Under the pieces are notes generated by a model. It saw only the letters and a list, made by a program, of their open reading frames with translations, was not told the DNA's origin and ran no database searches. Shown here piece after piece: positions 44,579 through 48,209 of a stretch of 48,209 bases of DNA. Position numbers and translations under genes: made by a program. The stretch comes from a virus (lineage: Duplodnaviria; Caudoviricetes): positions 1-48,209 of IMG/VR virus record IMGVR_UViG_3300047672_000021. One strand, 5' to 3'. Each line of letters opens with the position of its first letter. The first letter of the stretch is position 1.

Positions 44579-45729
44579 AGGTTGGGCTCCGCGGTGGTGG
44601 TGGTCGTGGTGGTGTCGGTGGCGGCGGCCAGTTCGACGGTGGCCGCAGCTTGGGCGCCTTGGGCGGTGTCAATCTCGGTGGCGATCAGGGCTGCCAGCTT
44701 GTTAGCGATGCGGGCGAGCTCCGCGGCATCTTGGGCGGCCAGCGCCGCCGCAGTCGAAGCACGCACACGCTCCGCGCGCCGGCCATCGGCGGCGAACGTC
44801 AACAAAGCTTCGATTTGCTGGGCGAGCCGTTCTAGCGCGGCTGGACGCCGGGCGTTGACAGCTTCGAAGAAATCGGACCAATCGAGGGCGATACGCGGCG
44901 GCAAATCATATCGGTTTTTCGCGTCGTATGCCGCCGTCCGCTGCGTGTGGATGAATCGGGCGTCAGTCATGACACCGCGCACGCGGCCGGCCTTTTCCAC
45001 GGTCGACAGGTCGTGTGCGGCGAATAGCACCGCATCCACCCATTCGCGCCACAAGCCGGCCGCCTTGATGTTGAGCTTCATTTCGTGGCGGTCGAAAGCT
45101 TCAAACCCCGGATCCTTGAAGGCTTTGACGTGGGAGTGAGCCAGGATCACCATGTGCATGCCGCGCTTCGCGATCAGGGCTTCGAGTGCGCTGGTGAGCC
45201 GTCGCCATTCGTCCAGCGCCGCCGTGTAGCCGCGGCCGTATCCGAAGTCTTCGATCGCCGCGCATTGCTTGCCGCCTTGATCCCGCACGTTTGCGCACAC
45301 GTGGCGCCAGCACAGCGGCTCGAGCCAATCGAGCGTATCGATCACCAGTGTTTGATATCCGTGCTCCGCGGTCGACAGCTCGGTGATGGCGTCGAACACA
45401 TCCGCCCACGCACGGGGCTGCGTAAACCGGTGCACGTCCAGCTCGCTGGTGCCATCTTCCGCACCGAGAAAGATCGGCGCCGGAGCTCCGGCGGCGAAGG
45501 TGCTTTTGCCGACACCTTCTAGACCGTACAAGACCACGCGCAGAGGCTTGGCGATCTTGCCCTTGACCACGCCGCCCAGCGCCATGCGGCCGGGCTTGCG
45601 GATGTTTGCCGGCGGTGTCGGGCCGGTTTGGTTGGCGGCGGCCGGTGCGCGGCCGGCGGCGGCGGCGATGGCCGCGCGCGCGGCTTCGATGGATTGTTGT
45701 GCGGCGGTCGTGGCTGGTACTGCTGACAT
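44575..45729 (-). CDS. Sak4-like AAA_24 ssDNA-annealing ATPase
   Basis: YGLEGVGKST, VIDTLDWLE, FGYGRGY, EWVDAVLFA, AYDAKNR. Confidence 0.88.
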   Translation of the reverse strand: MSAVPATTAAQQSIEAARAAIAAAAGRAPAAANQTGPTPPANIRKPGRMALGGVVKGKIAKPLRVVLYGLEGVGKSTFAAGAPAPIFLGAEDGTSELDVHRFTQPRAWADVFDAITELSTAEHGYQTLVIDTLDWLEPLCWRHVCANVRDQGGKQCAAIEDFGYGRGYTAALDEWRRLTSALEALIAKRGMHMVILAHSHVKAFKDPGFEAFDRHEMKLNIKAAGLWREWVDAVLFAAHDLSTVEKAGRVRGVMTDARFIHTQRTAAYDAKNRYDLPPRIALDWSDFFEAVNARRPAALERLAQQIEALLTFAADGRRAERVRASTAAALAAQDAAELARIANKLAALIATEIDTAQGAQAAATVELAAATDTTTTTTTAEPNL

Positions 45730-45765
45730 GGTGCCCTCTTGTTAGTTGCGTGCCGGTGTGACGTG

Positions 45766-46872
45766 TCAGGCTGCCTTGCCGTCGTGCTCTAAGTCATAGA
45801 GCGGCGCTCCGCTGCCATCCTTCGCAGCGCTGGGTAACTCAGGGTGCGTGTTGTCTACACGCTGGTAGCGCGTCCAATCTGCAAGCGATGTCTCACGCGT
45901 GCAAACCGGGAAATACTCACACATGCGGCCGTAGCGCTCGCAGCTCGAGACGTTGCGCGGGTAATACCCGGCGAGCTGTTCATCGCGGATGCGGCGTGCG
46001 GTGAGCCAGGCGTCGCGCGCGGCGTCGATTTCTTCATCTTCCAAGCGCACGACCCAGCCGCGCTGATACACGGCATCGAGGTTTGCCAGAACATGCTCGG
46101 TGAGCCGCAGTCCAAATTCGTCGGGCGTTTCGTCTTCTCCGCGCTGGTTGGCATACAACACGCCTTGCTTCGTATACTTCCGTTTGTCCGCAGGCGTCGC
46201 TTGCAGCGGCGATAGCCGCGGCTTGCCGACCACATCGTATAAGCACCCGGCGACATTGAAGCCTAGGGCTTTGGCGCCTGCGTGGTACGTGGATACCTGC
46301 GAATCGAGCCGCAGACACTGCCAATAGGTTGCACCCGGCGTGATGTCTTGGCCGCTCGATTTGTGCTCGACGGTGTATACGCGGCTGTCGCGGTGGTTGA
46401 GCACCAAAGCGTCAAATTTGCCGCCGACTTCGAACGTTTGCGACTGCCGCCCGGTGGCCGGGTTGATCAGCGGCGCGCGGAATTCGAGCTCCACGCCCAA
46501 GATCTCCAAATCCAAATCACCGCGCCATCGGGCGTCGTAGCCACGCATCAGCACTTCCGCACGTGCCAGATCGTACGCGTCCAGCGCGAGCGGGCGGATC
46601 GTGTCGAGCGCCGCCGCGAGCTGCAGCTCCGGCGTTGCGTACGCGCGCCACCATGCTTCGAGCCCGGCATGCCATAGCGTGCCCCAGCGCAAAGCCTCTG
46701 CGGTGGCGCCTATTGGGCGGATGCCAAGCTGATAGTGGTAGTGATGCTCAAGCGCGCATGAGTGGTGCGTGCGGAGCTGGCTATTGGTGAGCAACTGCAG
46801 CCGCCGGTGCGGCGTGGGCGCGGTGGGCGCGGTGTCGGTGGTGTCGAGCTGGGTACTGCTTTGTGATGTCAC
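45766..46872 (-). CDS. PD-(D/E)XK (RecB/Cas4-like) exonuclease
   Basis: GTLWH, GGKFDAL...VEHKS, QVSTY; N-terminal Cys plus CERYGRMCEYFPVC (Fe-S-type pattern). Confidence 0.85.
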   Translation of the reverse strand: MTSQSSTQLDTTDTAPTAPTPHRRLQLLTNSQLRTHHSCALEHHYHYQLGIRPIGATAEALRWGTLWHAGLEAWWRAYATPELQLAAALDTIRPLALDAYDLARAEVLMRGYDARWRGDLDLEILGVELEFRAPLINPATGRQSQTFEVGGKFDALVLNHRDSRVYTVEHKSSGQDITPGATYWQCLRLDSQVSTYHAGAKALGFNVAGCLYDVVGKPRLSPLQATPADKRKYTKQGVLYANQRGEDETPDEFGLRLTEHVLANLDAVYQRGWVVRLEDEEIDAARDAWLTARRIRDEQLAGYYPRNVSSCERYGRMCEYFPVCTRETSLADWTRYQRVDNTHPELPSAAKDGSGAPLYDLEHDGKAA

Positions 46873-46889
46873 GCTGGCAGGCGTAACAC

Positions 46890-46915
46890 GTCATTTTTGA
46901 CTAGGCAAATTTGCT
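46890..46915. promoter_or_regulatory. Tandem palindromic operator candidates upstream of the recombination operon
   Basis: GTCA-TTTT-TGAC and GGCA-AATT-TGCT, matching sites at 94-105 and 47534-47545. Confidence 0.55.
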
Positions 46916-46994
46916 TTGTCAGAGCGAAAAAAGCCCAGTAAAACCGGGAAAGATTCGGAGCCGCCCAGTAAGCGGAAACGCAAATCCGCGCACG

Positions 46995-47393
46995 TCAACG
47001 CGTGGGCCCGATCTCACTTTTGGCTTCGATGAAAAACGCGAGCGTGTAATACGTGCGGGGCGTTTTGCCGGTGCTGCGGGTTGCTTGGGCCCGTACCGCA
47101 CCCGGCCAGGCTTTGGCGACGGAGCGTGCGACATGTGCTTCCAAGGCTTCGATTAAGACCATCGTGGTGCCCGGTGCGCGCGGCAGCCGCGGCGGCATGG
47201 CGTGGTGCCCGGCGTCGTGGTTCGCCAGGACATCCGCTATGCGGTCGAACGTGGCGGCATCGGTCGGGATCGGGCCTGCGGCGACCGTGGCGAGGGCTGC
47301 GACGTGCGCCAATGGCAACTCGCAGCCGATGTCTGCACGTTCGAGCAGCCATGCTTTGAACGCCTGATTCTTCCTGCCGTCAAAATCACTCAT
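46995..47393 (-). CDS. Hypothetical protein
   Basis: 132-aa ATG ORF co-oriented with cI and the recombination arm. Confidence 0.5.
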   Translation of the reverse strand: MSDFDGRKNQAFKAWLLERADIGCELPLAHVAALATVAAGPIPTDAATFDRIADVLANHDAGHHAMPPRLPRAPGTTMVLIEALEAHVARSVAKAWPGAVRAQATRSTGKTPRTYYTLAFFIEAKSEIGPTR

Positions 47394-47559
47394 TCGCCCG
47401 ACTACTGGCAGGGCAAAAAAGTGTCTAGACCGATCCGGGCGCGATCTGATCGCGGCTAAAAAGTCGGGGCGACACGTCGCACAATGTGACCTGACCGCAG
47501 CACGTCAACTCACAAAATCGCTAGCGACCACACGTCAAATTTGCAACTCGCCAGTGCCG

Positions 47560-48030
47560 TCAATCTTCGCCCGCGCCAGCGCCGAGCAAGGCCACCGTGA
47601 TCGCTGAGTAGAGCTCGACCGTGGGCGGCTTCAAGGTCCGCAGGTGTCGCAGCGTAGGCAGCAGTCCGGCTTCAATCGCCATACGGCCGCCGGTGGTCCT
47701 GAGAAAGAGCATCAGCGCATCCGGCATGGGATCGGGAGCTGCGACGCCGCCGCCCAGCAGCTCATCGATAGACAGCCCCAAAGCCTCAGAAATGCCGATA
47801 ATATCCTCGATCCGCGGCTCTGATTGGCCACGTTCCCACCGTGAGATCGTGGCAATCGACACGCCGATCTTCACGGCCAAATCGGTTTGCGAGTGTCCGG
47901 CGGCGTCGCGCAGAGCGGCCAGGCGAGGCCCAAAGTTAGGACGCTTCAAAGCGGGTGCGGGTGGGCGTTTGGGCGCCCGCTTGCGGGTCGCCTTGGTGGC
48001 TGTCGGTCGGGTTGGACTACGGGGCGTCAC
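47560..48030 (-). CDS. XRE-family HTH repressor (CI-like, no peptidase domain)
   Basis: FGPRLAALRDAAGHSQTDLAVKIGVSIATISRWERGQSEP...LGLSIDELL; start uncertain. Confidence 0.85.
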   Translation of the reverse strand: MTPRSPTRPTATKATRKRAPKRPPAPALKRPNFGPRLAALRDAAGHSQTDLAVKIGVSIATISRWERGQSEPRIEDIIGISEALGLSIDELLGGGVAAPDPMPDALMLFLRTTGGRMAIEAGLLPTLRHLRTLKPPTVELYSAITVALLGAGAGED

Positions 48031-48209
48031 GGGGCGTGTGTACGCCGCCAACGAACAAAAACGCAATCAGCGATTTGCGTTTTTGCTGTGCAAGTCAACT
48101 TGCCATTGCACGTCAAAATTGCCTAGCGTGCGTCACGATGTGGTCTTTCGGCGAATGGCTGTACACCGCACGCACGTCGCGCAATTTGCTGCAGCGTGAC
48201 GTGGCGGAA
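48019..48209. repeat. Terminal direct repeat, right copy
   Basis: Matches 1-191 with one mismatch. Confidence 0.95.

Noticed and set aside
45766-46872. Cas4 as evidence of a CRISPR system
   Set aside because: Its context with a Sak4-like ATPase and SSB is a standard phage recombination module.
1-48209. Frequent CGATCG, CTCGAG and single GAGCTC words as a dispersed repeat
   Set aside because: Explicable by codon usage (ATC, GAT, CTC, GAG) in GC-rich genes; enrichment cannot be shown without counting.

Overview
The window looks like a complete, circularly assembled genome of a GC-rich temperate tailed phage. Bases 1-191 recur at 48019-48209 with one mismatch, giving a unit length of about 48,018 bp. 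It encodes a divergent cI/cro-like switch across the junction, a DUF3854/DUF927-type primase-helicase followed by a repeat-rich origin-like region, and two DNA methyltransferases, one fused to a RuvC-like domain. The virion module is of the DUF1073 portal / MuF / DUF2213 protease / DUF2184 capsid / DUF3383 sheath type, i.e. a contractile-tailed myovirus. A minus-strand arm carries a PD-(D/E)XK nuclease, a Sak4-like ATPase, an SSB and a RecD2-like helicase split into two genes. I found no integrase or protelomerase. There is instead a ParA plus ribbon-helix-helix cassette next to a candidate Rep, so this is probably a circular phage-plasmid. The most unusual signal is six dispersed arrays of an 8-bp-period palindromic unit (GWGCWC-NN). 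They lie upstream of parA, against the -35 of two look-alike head-gene promoters, at two structural-gene junctions and at the RecD2 split point, and may be a combined centromere/operator system. Head proteins also share a recurring R-x-D-(A/S) motif, and two carry long putative cargo regions. No lysis genes, tRNAs or CRISPR arrays were recognised. Family assignments come from motif recognition by eye, not database searches, and the host cannot be determined from the sequence.
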